The notes under the pieces are model-generated. The model saw only the letters and a program-made list of their open reading frames with translations, searched no databases and had not been told where the DNA came from. Positions 18,850-28,189 of a DNA stretch of 37,083 nucleotides are shown here, piece after piece (positions within the stretch are counted from its first letter, which is position 1; each line of letters begins with the position of its first letter). The DNA comes from Oscillatoriales cyanobacterium SM2_1_8 (GTDB taxonomy: Bacteria > Cyanobacteriota > Cyanobacteriia > Pseudanabaenales > Pseudanabaenaceae). The DNA lies in assembly GCA_012031195.1 (NCBI GenBank), contig JAAUUG010000001.1, positions 1 to 37,083 on the forward strand. Reading direction: 5' to 3'. The translations under genes were made by a program, and so were the position numbers.

Positions 18850-19421
18850 CTATTCTCCGATCGCTCGGGCGGCTTGTTGGGTAGCGGTTTGGGCCGATTC
18901 CCACAACAATTGCAGCACCTTGCCCCGCTCGTTTACCGGGATGTAGGTCACCACTTCCCGCAGGGTCGCTCGCACCCGCGTTTGAATCCAGGGTTTGGCG
19001 AACCGATCCAAATTGACAAGGTTGGCGTTGCGGGGCACCGGGTACCGCTGCATCAGGGTTGCCGCAATCGGCAGTTTCTCATCGCAAAACCAGTCGTTGA
19101 CGTTGCCGATGCACAATTCCCAAAATTCCAAGGCGGTTTCGTATTCGCGGAGGGCTCCCTGCAGGCTTCTACCCCGACGGTGTTGCCGGAGTGGGCGGCC
19201 GTATCTACGGCTTGGCGGGCACGAAGCAGGGCTTGACGGTAATCGTTCAACACCAACCGTTCGGTGGTGAGGTGGGTGGGCACCAACCGCATTTGGCGCA
19301 GGGCGTGGACGTTGCTGGCGGCGGTGGGGGCTACGGTTTCCTGGGGGGCGGCGGCACGGGCCAGCCCCGGAGTCAACAACCATAGACCGGCAATCACAGG
19401 AATCCAAGAACGGCAAAACAC
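18850..19421 (-). pseudogene. Hypothetical secreted protein, with an apparent 1-nt frameshift
   Basis: GTG at 19419-19421 sits 8 nt after GGAGG and gives a signal-peptide-like sequence (FCRSWIPVIAGLWLLTPGLARAAAP). The frame changes near 19164-19166, joining ...GNTVGVEA to LQGALREYETALEFWEL.... No family recognised. Confidence 0.5.
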
Positions 19422-19620
19422 GGCGATTTCCTCCGAAGGGTTTTCAAAGAAAGAAGGTTTTCCAAAACTTTCCAAAACAATGTGGAGCTATGAAAACACC
19501 AATTCGGCAGGCTTGAGCCACCTTTTCGCCTGCGCTTGTGGGGTTAGTTTAGCAAGAGCCGGGGCGATCGCGCTAGCCGGAAACCGCTACACTAAGGAGC
19601 CGTACCCCGCAACCGTGCCG

Positions 19621-21306
19621 ATGGCTACCCGAATTTTTCTGTGCGACGAGCGCGAAGAGCCGGAAATCCGTCAATTTATCCGGGAAGCTGCCGCCAGTTT
19701 TGCCAAGGGGGAGGAATACATCGTTACTTGGAGCTGTGCCAACGTCACCTCGATTCAGGTGGGCGATCGCGCTTTGGTGAAGCGCATTGGTCGGCAGCCC
19801 CACGGTTTTTTTGCGGCGGGGTATGTGGTAGCGGCCGAGAAACGTTACCAATTGCGGCTGCGCGATCGCCGTTACCAAAACCTGAGCGAAGCCTACGACA
19901 ACGAATTTTTCCGGGGCAATTTTACGATCTGGCTGGCTTGGGAAGCCTGCACCGACTACGACACGCCGTTGCGTACCGCCCGACTCGAAGAAATGCCGGA
20001 GTTTCGGGGGGCTTTGTTCAACCCGACGGTGGGGGGCGGCGCTTTCCGGGCGGAGTTTGTCGATTTGTTGGAGGAAGAGTGGGAAGATCACTGCGAAGCG
20101 GCCGTCAAGCAAAAACGGGCGTTTCGGCTGGTGGATTTTTTCATTGCCCACGGTCAAAAAGCCAACCAGCAGGGCAAGCCGGCGGAAGCGGTGGAGTGGT
20201 ACGGCCAGGCGATTGACATTGACCCCAACTGTGCCAAAGCATTTGTCGGTTCCGCCAACGCCCTCCAAGCCCTTGGGGAACACCCCCGGGCGATCGCCGA
20301 TTACACCGAAGCCCTCGACATTGGTTCGGCCTACGACAAGGTGGCTTTTTATCGCCGGGGGGTCTCCCATGCCGCCCTCAAGGATTGGGCCGCCGCCGCC
20401 CGCGATTTTGGCCGGGCCGCCGCCCTCGATCCCCGCAACCCCGAAGCCCTCACCCAACAAGCGATCGCCCTCTACAAAACCCGGGACTTTGCCAAGGCGA
20501 TCGCCGCTTTGACCGAGGTGGTGAACCGCGATCCCGAAAACACCGAAGCGTTGTTGTACCTGGGGCGATCGCACTACAACCGCAAAGAATACGAGGCGGC
20601 CTTGGCCCGCATGGAAGCGTTGTTGGATGTGGCACCCGACAGCGCCGAAGGGTTTTACTATCGGGGCGTGATTTTGACCAAGCTGATCCCACCCCGCGAG
20701 CAAGAAGCCCTTTTAGACCTCAAAAAAGCGGCTCGATTGTTCAAGAACCAAAATCAATTGGATCGCTACGTCAAAGCCCGCAATTTGATGGACGTGTTGG
20801 CCACCGAAGAAGGGGAAGACGAAGTGCTGCGGTTGCCCCAAGCCGAAACGCCGGTGCTGACGCCGCCCGCTCCGGCCCCCATGGTCGAGGAATCCCCCAA
20901 AGAAGAAGGGAGAGAAGAAGCGGCCGAGGAAGAGCGCCGGCCCGATCGTCTACGGGAAGCTGAAAAACGGGCCCTGGAATTGGTTTTGGAGCAATACAAC
21001 CAAGAAGGATGGGAAATTGCGCCGGCTCCCTCCCGCAAAGCCGGGTACAAGTTTCGAGCCCTCAGGGGTGAGGTCGAAGAGGATGTAGAAGTCAAAGGTC
21101 TGGTGAGCAGCGATCTCACCTTTGCCATGAGCTCCCGCGAAGTCCGCCAAGCCGAAGCCAATCCCAATTTTGTGCTCTGGGCGATCGCCAATGCCCTCAG
21201 CGAACCGGAACCCCAATGCTGGCGCGGTCGGGAAATCCTCGAAAAATTTGCCCTCGACCCGATGAAGTATTTGGCCCGCTACCAAGGGGAATTGCCCCAG
21301 ACGTGA
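19621..21306 (+). CDS. Multidomain protein: PUA/EVE-like N-domain, TPR repeats, acidic/Pro linker and a DUF3883-type C-domain
   Basis: ATG at 19621, 561 aa. N-terminus has W..ANVTSIQVGDRALVKRIGRQPHGFFAAGYVVA. The middle holds about 5-6 TPR units (AVEWYGQAIDIDPN...). The C-terminus reads EKRALELVLEQYNQEGWEI...GYKFRALRGEVEEDVEVKG...FAMSSREVRQAEANPNFVLWAI, which matches my recollection of the DUF3883 pattern. Confidence 0.75.
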   Translation: MATRIFLCDEREEPEIRQFIREAAASFAKGEEYIVTWSCANVTSIQVGDRALVKRIGRQPHGFFAAGYVVAAEKRYQLRLRDRRYQNLSEAYDNEFFRGNFTIWLAWEACTDYDTPLRTARLEEMPEFRGALFNPTVGGGAFRAEFVDLLEEEWEDHCEAAVKQKRAFRLVDFFIAHGQKANQQGKPAEAVEWYGQAIDIDPNCAKAFVGSANALQALGEHPRAIADYTEALDIGSAYDKVAFYRRGVSHAALKDWAAAARDFGRAAALDPRNPEALTQQAIALYKTRDFAKAIAALTEVVNRDPENTEALLYLGRSHYNRKEYEAALARMEALLDVAPDSAEGFYYRGVILTKLIPPREQEALLDLKKAARLFKNQNQLDRYVKARNLMDVLATEEGEDEVLRLPQAETPVLTPPAPAPMVEESPKEEGREEAAEEERRPDRLREAEKRALELVLEQYNQEGWEIAPAPSRKAGYKFRALRGEVEEDVEVKGLVSSDLTFAMSSREVRQAEANPNFVLWAIANALSEPEPQCWRGREILEKFALDPMKYLARYQGELPQT

Positions 21307-21388
21307 GTTGAAGGGCAGAAAACCCGCTCCTCATTAAATTACCGCCAAATTATCGTCCAACAAATTCACGTTGGATCTGGGGGAGCCT

Positions 21389-22672
21389 TTAGGGGGAAAT
21401 CCCGGCCAACGGCAGGTATACCGTGAACGTGGTGCCTTGATGCCACACCGATTGGCATTGAATTTCGCCGCGATGGGTCTCGTAGATAATTTGCCGGCAA
21501 ATGGCCATCCCCAACCCGGTGCCTTTGCCCACGGGTTTGGTGGTAAACAACGGCTCAAACAACCGCTGTTGGGTTTCAGGGGTCATGCCCAGGCCATTGT
21601 CGGAAATGGCGATCGCCGCCCGATCGCCTTCACGGTAAACATGCACCGTTAGTTGGGGACGGCGATCGCCCATCAACCCCTTGGTGTAGGCTTCTTCCAT
21701 GGCATCGATCGCATTGCCCAGGATGTTCATCAACGCTTGGTTGATTTGACTTGGATAACAGGGCACTTTTTCGATGAGGTGGTATTGACGCACCACGTTG
21801 ACGCCGGGCCATCTCCCCGCGGCTTTTAAGCGATAGGACAAGATCAACAACACCCCTTCCACACTTTCTTCGAGGAGAACGGCGGTGGGGGCCGCCGCAT
21901 CGGTGCGGGCAAAGTTGCGCAACGTGCCGGAAATCGAAACCAGCAAGTTGGCTCCCAATTCCATGCCGTCCAAAATTTTGCGAAAGTCGGTTAGAGCAAA
22001 GTCCAAATCGTTGGCGATCGCCCCCTCATCTCCGAGTTGGCTTTGGTAATACCGGAAATAGGCCGCCATCTCATCCAGGTATTCCTTCGCCGGCGGCAAA
22101 TTGTTTTGAATAAAGTTGATGGGGTTTTTGATTTCGTGCGCAACCCCTGCCATAAGGTTGCCCAAAGAAGCCATTTTCTCGTATTGCAACAATTGGGTGC
22201 GTGCCTGCTGCAAGCGCTCTTCTTGTTCTTGCAATTCTCGAATGGAGGCCAAGGTACGGTTTAGGGTGATTTCCAAATCCTGAAAATCAATCGGCTTGGT
22301 CAAAAAGTCGAAGGCTCCCCGGTTCATAGCGGTGCGGATGTTGCCTAGGTCGCCGTAAGCCGAGATGACAATGGCCCGTAGGCTGCGATCGCGCTCTTGC
22401 AATTTCGCCAAGAGGGTCAGGCCATCCATCTCCGGCATGTTGATGTCGGTCATGACCAAGCGGATGCGGGGCCCCACTTCGTCCAACACCCGGAGGGCTT
22501 CGATGCCGCTATGGGCGAACAAAAATTCGTAGGACGACTCCCGCAGTTGCCGGCGAAACCGCTGCCGAAACAACCGCTCTACTTCCAACTCGTCGTCTAC
22601 AATCAAAACCCCCAGGCGGTTGGTCGCAAGGTTGGGAGTCTCAGCAAAGGAAGAAGCGCTGCGGCCGGTCAT
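21389..22672 (-). CDS. Hybrid response regulator / histidine kinase (REC-HisKA-HATPase)
   Basis: REC motifs VLIVDDE and MTDINMPEMDG. H-box MAGVAHEIKNPINF. G-boxes DNGLGM and GKGTGLGMAI. Confidence 0.9.
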   Translation of the reverse strand: MTGRSASSFAETPNLATNRLGVLIVDDELEVERLFRQRFRRQLRESSYEFLFAHSGIEALRVLDEVGPRIRLVMTDINMPEMDGLTLLAKLQERDRSLRAIVISAYGDLGNIRTAMNRGAFDFLTKPIDFQDLEITLNRTLASIRELQEQEERLQQARTQLLQYEKMASLGNLMAGVAHEIKNPINFIQNNLPPAKEYLDEMAAYFRYYQSQLGDEGAIANDLDFALTDFRKILDGMELGANLLVSISGTLRNFARTDAAAPTAVLLEESVEGVLLILSYRLKAAGRWPGVNVVRQYHLIEKVPCYPSQINQALMNILGNAIDAMEEAYTKGLMGDRRPQLTVHVYREGDRAAIAISDNGLGMTPETQQRLFEPLFTTKPVGKGTGLGMAICRQIIYETHRGEIQCQSVWHQGTTFTVYLPLAGISP

Positions 22673-22686
22673 GTCGATCCCATCCC

Positions 22687-24051
22687 TTAAACCGACTGCA
22701 AAACGGACTGGTCAGTGAATTGCTTGGGCAGAATGAGGGTAAATTCTGTGTACTCCCCCAATGCGGTCGCCACGTTCAGGTTACCACGGTGCTGCCCAAC
22801 CAAGATATCGTGGGTGAGGGACAAACCCAGACCGGTGCCTTCGCCTGCAGGTTTGGTGGTAAAAAAGGGCGTGAAAATTTTTTCGAGGGCTTCGGTGGAA
22901 ATGCCGCTGCCGTTGTCACGGATCACCACTTCGACGGCTTGCCCCCGATCCCGTGTGATCAGGGTGAGCTGGGGCTGAAAGGTTTCGCCGAGGCTGACTT
23001 GTTTGAGCCCCAAGGCGTAGCAGGCGTTGTCGGCCAGGTTGATGATGGCCCGGGTAAAATCGCCGATCACCAGCTCGACCAACCCCACCCCCGGATCGTA
23101 TTGCCGCACGAAGGCGACGTTGAAGCTGCTGTCTTTGGCCCGACGGCTATGGTAGGCCAACTGCACCGATTGCTCGATCAGGGCGTTCAGCTCGACCGGT
23201 TGGGCCTGGCCGCCACCGTCGGTGCGGGCGTGTTGCATCATGCTTTGGATGATGCTTTCGGCCCGCTGCCCGTGTTCGTGGATGGAGCGGGCGTTTTCGG
23301 CCAATTCTTGCACCACCGCCGTCACGTCGGCCCACAGCCCCGGCTGCGGTTGCGCTTGGTAAGCCTGCAACAACTCCTGCAACTCTTGGGCCATGTCCAT
23401 CGAACCGGCGGCAAAGTTGTTGACAAAGTTTAACGGATTCCGCAATTCGTGGGCGACGCCGGCGGTGAGGGTACCCAACGACGCCAATTTTTCCTGGGCC
23501 ACAATCTGCTTCTGGGCTGCCTGCAAATCGGCGAGGGTTTTGACCAATTGCTGGTTTTGGGTTTCGAGGGCACGGGCCAAGGTGTTTAACCGCATGTGCA
23601 GGCGCACCCGTGCCAACACTTCCTCTTCTTCAAAAGGCTTGGTGATGTAATCGACCGCCCCCAACGACAACCCCCGCACCTTGGCCGCGGTTTCGGAAAG
23701 GGCTGTCATAAAAATGACCGGAATATCTTGGGTAATCTCTTCCTCTTTGAGCCGTTCGCAGGTCTTGAAACCGTCGATGCCGGGCATCATCACATCCAGC
23801 AAAATCAGGGCGGGGGGGTCGTAGGCGGCCAGCTTGAGGGCGGTGGTACCGTTGTTGGCTACCGCAACCTCAAAGCCAGCGCTGGTTAAGGTTTTGGACA
23901 GCACCTTGAGGTTGGTGGGGTTGTCGTCCACGATCAAGATGGGGCGCTCAGATTCGGCCCCAACCGGACCGACGGCGAGCAGGTCGGCCGCGATCGCTTT
24001 GGCAGGCTTGAGGTCTGGATGTTCCGGAGAAGCGGGCAGCATGGCAATCAC
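22687..24051 (-). CDS. Hybrid response regulator / histidine kinase (REC-HisKA-HATPase), paralogous architecture
   Basis: REC motifs ILIVDDNPTN and LLDVMMPGIDG. H-box TAGVAHELRNPLNF. ATP-lid motifs DNGSGI and GEGTGLGLSL. GTG start at 24051, or ATG at 24042. Confidence 0.9.
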   Translation of the reverse strand: MIAMLPASPEHPDLKPAKAIAADLLAVGPVGAESERPILIVDDNPTNLKVLSKTLTSAGFEVAVANNGTTALKLAAYDPPALILLDVMMPGIDGFKTCERLKEEEITQDIPVIFMTALSETAAKVRGLSLGAVDYITKPFEEEEVLARVRLHMRLNTLARALETQNQQLVKTLADLQAAQKQIVAQEKLASLGTLTAGVAHELRNPLNFVNNFAAGSMDMAQELQELLQAYQAQPQPGLWADVTAVVQELAENARSIHEHGQRAESIIQSMMQHARTDGGGQAQPVELNALIEQSVQLAYHSRRAKDSSFNVAFVRQYDPGVGLVELVIGDFTRAIINLADNACYALGLKQVSLGETFQPQLTLITRDRGQAVEVVIRDNGSGISTEALEKIFTPFFTTKPAGEGTGLGLSLTHDILVGQHRGNLNVATALGEYTEFTLILPKQFTDQSVLQSV

Positions 24052-24128
24052 CCATCGACATCTCCTAGTAAAGCATTTTGTGGAAACTACGGCCGGCGAT
24101 CGCCCAGTCCCGAAACTCGGCGGGCATT

Positions 24129-24254
24129 TATAGTCATTTTAATTAAATCGACACAGTTTTTCCCTGCCCAACGAAAGTCTAATAGAACCAATACGGGGGC
24201 TTCGCCCCTGCGACCCGAGTTGTTTTGTCTCGTCGCTATGCAAAACAGCTATAA
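24129..24254 (+). mobile_element. MITE/PATE-like repeat, copy C (126 bp)
   Basis: Aligns end to end with copy A. Confidence 0.7.
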
Positions 24255-24264
24255 AGCAATCCGC

Positions 24265-24289
24265 AAAAAAAGGCACCGCTTGGGTACCC
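24265..24289 (-). terminator. Putative rho-independent terminator of psaC
   Basis: On the minus strand, GGTACC-CAAGC-GGTGCC (6 bp with one G-U pair) is followed by TTTTTTT. It lies about 145 nt downstream of the psaC stop. Confidence 0.45.
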
Positions 24290-24292
24290 TCT

Positions 24293-24330
24293 GACTTGAA
24301 TTTTAGACTTGAATTTTAGACTTGATTTTG
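24293..24330. repeat. 13-bp tandem repeat GACTTGAATTTTA, two full units plus a degenerate third
   Basis: Read directly from the sequence. It lies in the psaC 3' region. Confidence 0.85.
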
Positions 24331-24432
24331 GATTTGAGAAGTGGGGTTGCCCACGGCCGTGCTTTTCTAGGCCAGGGACTGACTCCAGATGCCCGGCCCC
24401 CAAACCCTCGGGCAAAACCCCACGCCACGGCT

Positions 24433-25092
<660 letters not shown>

Positions 25093-25179
25093 TTAATACT
25101 TGGCGATACGAACCGTTACACGGTTTGACGGGCCCGCCGGTTTCTGCGTAGGCTAAGGCAGGTTGGGCGGAGGTTGGGC

Positions 25180-26916
25180 ATGGGGGGCTGGGGGTGGTTG
25201 GGTTTGGTGGCGATGGTGGGAACGCCGGCGGCGATCGCCCAAGGGTTGCATTTGACCTATCCGCCACGGCAACACCGCACCGATGCGGCGCGCATTTTCT
25301 TCATTGGCACGTCGCCCGCACCGGTGCAGTTGAACGGCCAACCGATTCGCCAAAGTGCCGCCGGCCATTTCGCGCCGAGCCGACCGTTGCAGCCGGGGAT
25401 CAATCGGTTTGTGTTGCGATCGGGGTCGCAGGAAGTTGCGGTGACGGTGGAGCGCACGGTGGAGCGGCTGCCCCAGACCCTTTCCGATCTACGTCGGCCG
25501 TTTCCGGAGCAGGCGGTGGCGGTGCAGCCGGGGGAGTTGGTGTGCTTTGGGGTGCGGGCGATGCCGGGAGCCCAAGTGCAGGTCGAAATTCCGGGAATTG
25601 GGATCTTGCCGTTGATGGCGGTGGGCGATCGCCCCGAGTTGCCCAGCAATGCGGCGGTGTTGGTGGGGCAAAATCAACCGCAGCCGAGCCGCACGGGAGA
25701 ATACGGCGCCTGCCGAGGGTTTGCCCAACCCCAACGGCTCACGGGTTTGGTCTACAGGACGGTTCGGGGTGCCGCGACGGCCCAGGTGGTGGCCCCCGGT
25801 TCCCTAGAAATTCTCGATCCCGAAACGATTGAGGTGGCGACGGTGACGGTACCGGAGGCGATCGCCCGGACAGGCCCCAGCACCGATGCTTCCCGGTTGA
25901 CGCCGTTGCCCCAGGGTACCCAGGGTCGGGTGACGGGTCGCCAAGGGGATTGGTGGCGGTGGGAGTACGGGGGCTGGGTGGAAGCCAAAAATGTCCGGAT
26001 CGGGCGATCGCCGCGGCCCCCTCGCTCGGTGGTGCGGGGGGTGACGACGCAGACGGCGGGCCTCTGGACGGAGGTGCGCATTCCCCTGACGGTACCGCTG
26101 CCCGTGACGGTGCAGGAACGACCGGGGGCGGTGGAATTGACGGTGCACCACGCGACGGCGGAAACCGACACGATGAAAATCGCCCCCAGTCCCATCCTGC
26201 GGTTGGTGCAGTGGGAACAAAGGACTCCCGATCGCCTCACCTACCGATTGGAATGGAAGGGCGATCGCCTCTGGGGCTACAAAGTGCGCTACGAAGGGAC
26301 AACGTTGGTGTTTTCACTACGCCATCCGCCCCAAGGCCCGATCACCATTCTGCTCGACCCCGGCCACGGCGGCCCGGAAGACCTGGGGGCCCGGGGCCCC
26401 ACCGGCTACCCGGAAAAGGATGTGGCGCTGACCCTAGCCCAGCAAGTGCGGGACATTCTGCAACGGGAGGGGGCGATCGTGGTGATGACGCGGACGGGGG
26501 ATGACGATTTGTGGCCCCAGCAACGGGCGCTCCGCATTGCCGAAGTGGAACCGACGGTGGCCCTCAGCCTCCATTACAATGCCCTCCCCGATGCCGGCGA
26601 TGCGGAAAATACCCAAGGAATCGGCATGTTTTGGTACCACCGGCAAAGCCATGGCCTGGCTCAGGTGCTGCACGATCGCCTGACGCGGGAACTCAACCGC
26701 CCCAGCTACGGCGTGTTTTGGGGGAATTTGGCCCTGGCCCGCCCGACGGTGGCCCCCTCGGTGTTGCTGGAATTGGGGTTTATGATTCACCCCGAAGAGT
26801 TTGAATGGATTGTCTCCCCGGTCGCCCAACACCAACTGGCCCGGGCGATCGCCCGCATCACCCTGGACTGGATTCGCCAAACTCCTGACAGGCAGCAAAG
26901 AAGAAGTAAAATATAG
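25180..26916 (+). CDS. N-acetylmuramoyl-L-alanine amidase (Amidase_3, AmiC-like) with a long N-terminal region
   Basis: Signal-like N-terminus (MGGWGWLGLVAMVGTPAAIAQG). The C-terminal domain reads ILLDPGHGGPEDLGARGP...KDVALTLA...ALSLHYNA...LLELGFM. Confidence 0.85.
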   Translation: MGGWGWLGLVAMVGTPAAIAQGLHLTYPPRQHRTDAARIFFIGTSPAPVQLNGQPIRQSAAGHFAPSRPLQPGINRFVLRSGSQEVAVTVERTVERLPQTLSDLRRPFPEQAVAVQPGELVCFGVRAMPGAQVQVEIPGIGILPLMAVGDRPELPSNAAVLVGQNQPQPSRTGEYGACRGFAQPQRLTGLVYRTVRGAATAQVVAPGSLEILDPETIEVATVTVPEAIARTGPSTDASRLTPLPQGTQGRVTGRQGDWWRWEYGGWVEAKNVRIGRSPRPPRSVVRGVTTQTAGLWTEVRIPLTVPLPVTVQERPGAVELTVHHATAETDTMKIAPSPILRLVQWEQRTPDRLTYRLEWKGDRLWGYKVRYEGTTLVFSLRHPPQGPITILLDPGHGGPEDLGARGPTGYPEKDVALTLAQQVRDILQREGAIVVMTRTGDDDLWPQQRALRIAEVEPTVALSLHYNALPDAGDAENTQGIGMFWYHRQSHGLAQVLHDRLTRELNRPSYGVFWGNLALARPTVAPSVLLELGFMIHPEEFEWIVSPVAQHQLARAIARITLDWIRQTPDRQQRRSKI

Positions 26917-27178
26917 CGTAGTGCTTCTTACAGCCTTTTTCGGGATCAAGTACCACAGTAGCACGGCTCGGGAAAAAGTAAACCGCTGTAGGTTGTCGCA
27001 AGCCCTCTTTTGTCCCCTTCGCCATGTGCTACATTTTTGCTCAAGCAGCTGTATCTGTACTGGCTAACGAATCTTTCTTCCGTCTTTATCTGCAACAGAT
27101 ACCACACTTGACCCAAAAATATGAAAATAGCTATACTTCTATGGTTCGCTTAAGAAATCAATACGAAAACAAGGAATT

Positions 27179-28189
27179 ATGAACTCCAAGAACAAAGATT
27201 ACATATCTAAAAATTTGTATTACATAGAAAAAATTGCCGCTCCTGAAATTCAGTGCTCAATCACGCCTAAACACAGTCAGTTTTACCAACTTGCACACAA
27301 GCATTCTATGGAATGGTCTTTGCAGATGCAGCTGATAACTTCTCGAGGATCTAAGAGCTATACCAAACTAGAGAAAGCTGAATTCGCTTGGTTGGCTGCT
27401 GCAACTTACCCTGAAGCATCCTTGGGTCAACTGGAAATTGCTGCAGATTACATGATTTGGTTTTTCATGTATGACGATGAATATGTTTCGAGTAAGAAGC
27501 CTGATTGTCAAAAAATACTAGAGCAGGTTCAGGAAAGACTGAATGCTGTGATGTATGGTGGAGATTGTATGGAAAGGGATGTTCCAGTGGTGAAAGCCCT
27601 AAGCAATATTTGTTACCGCATTTACCAAGAAAACGGAAGTCAGGGATTCTGGCTAGATCGATTTCGTTTTCACATGGAAAGATATTTCGAAGCCAACCTA
27701 TGGAATCTAAAAGTTTGTTTAGATCAAAGAATCCCTTGTCTAGATGAGTACAAGTCATACAGGATTTACGATATAGGCTTATTGCCAACCCTTGATCTAT
27801 CTTCTCACTTTAATCAAATAGACTACAAAAACGAGTTCTTCAGAACCGAATTATTCGAGCAGGTATCAAGGCTGACGGCCACTCATGTGTATGTGTTAAA
27901 TGATATTTTAGGAATCAAAAAAGAAATTCTGGATGAGGAGCCCATCAATATCGTGTTTGTTCTGCAAAATGCATCGGAAGTAGACCTCCTTCAGGCATAC
28001 GATCAAGCTATTTTGCTTTGCAATCAGGAATTCCAAACCTATGAGGATGCTTGCGACTCCGCTCGTAAGCTTAGGGCTCAAGTAGAACCTGAGATCGAGC
28101 AATACATTAATGTGTGCAACGCTTGGATTCGGGGACACTTTGATTGGTATTTTGTCTCAAAAAGATACAAGTCTCCTGGGACGGTTTAA
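27179..28189 (+). CDS. Class I terpene synthase (single-domain bacterial cyclase type) on a low-GC island
   Basis: 336 aa. Asp-rich motif FFMYDDEYV. NSE/DTE-type motif LNDILGIKKE, with Gly where Ser/Thr is usual. C-terminal RY pair (SKRYKS). Size and spacing fit bacterial sesquiterpene or diterpene cyclases. Confidence 0.8.
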   Translation: MNSKNKDYISKNLYYIEKIAAPEIQCSITPKHSQFYQLAHKHSMEWSLQMQLITSRGSKSYTKLEKAEFAWLAAATYPEASLGQLEIAADYMIWFFMYDDEYVSSKKPDCQKILEQVQERLNAVMYGGDCMERDVPVVKALSNICYRIYQENGSQGFWLDRFRFHMERYFEANLWNLKVCLDQRIPCLDEYKSYRIYDIGLLPTLDLSSHFNQIDYKNEFFRTELFEQVSRLTATHVYVLNDILGIKKEILDEEPINIVFVLQNASEVDLLQAYDQAILLCNQEFQTYEDACDSARKLRAQVEPEIEQYINVCNAWIRGHFDWYFVSKRYKSPGTV

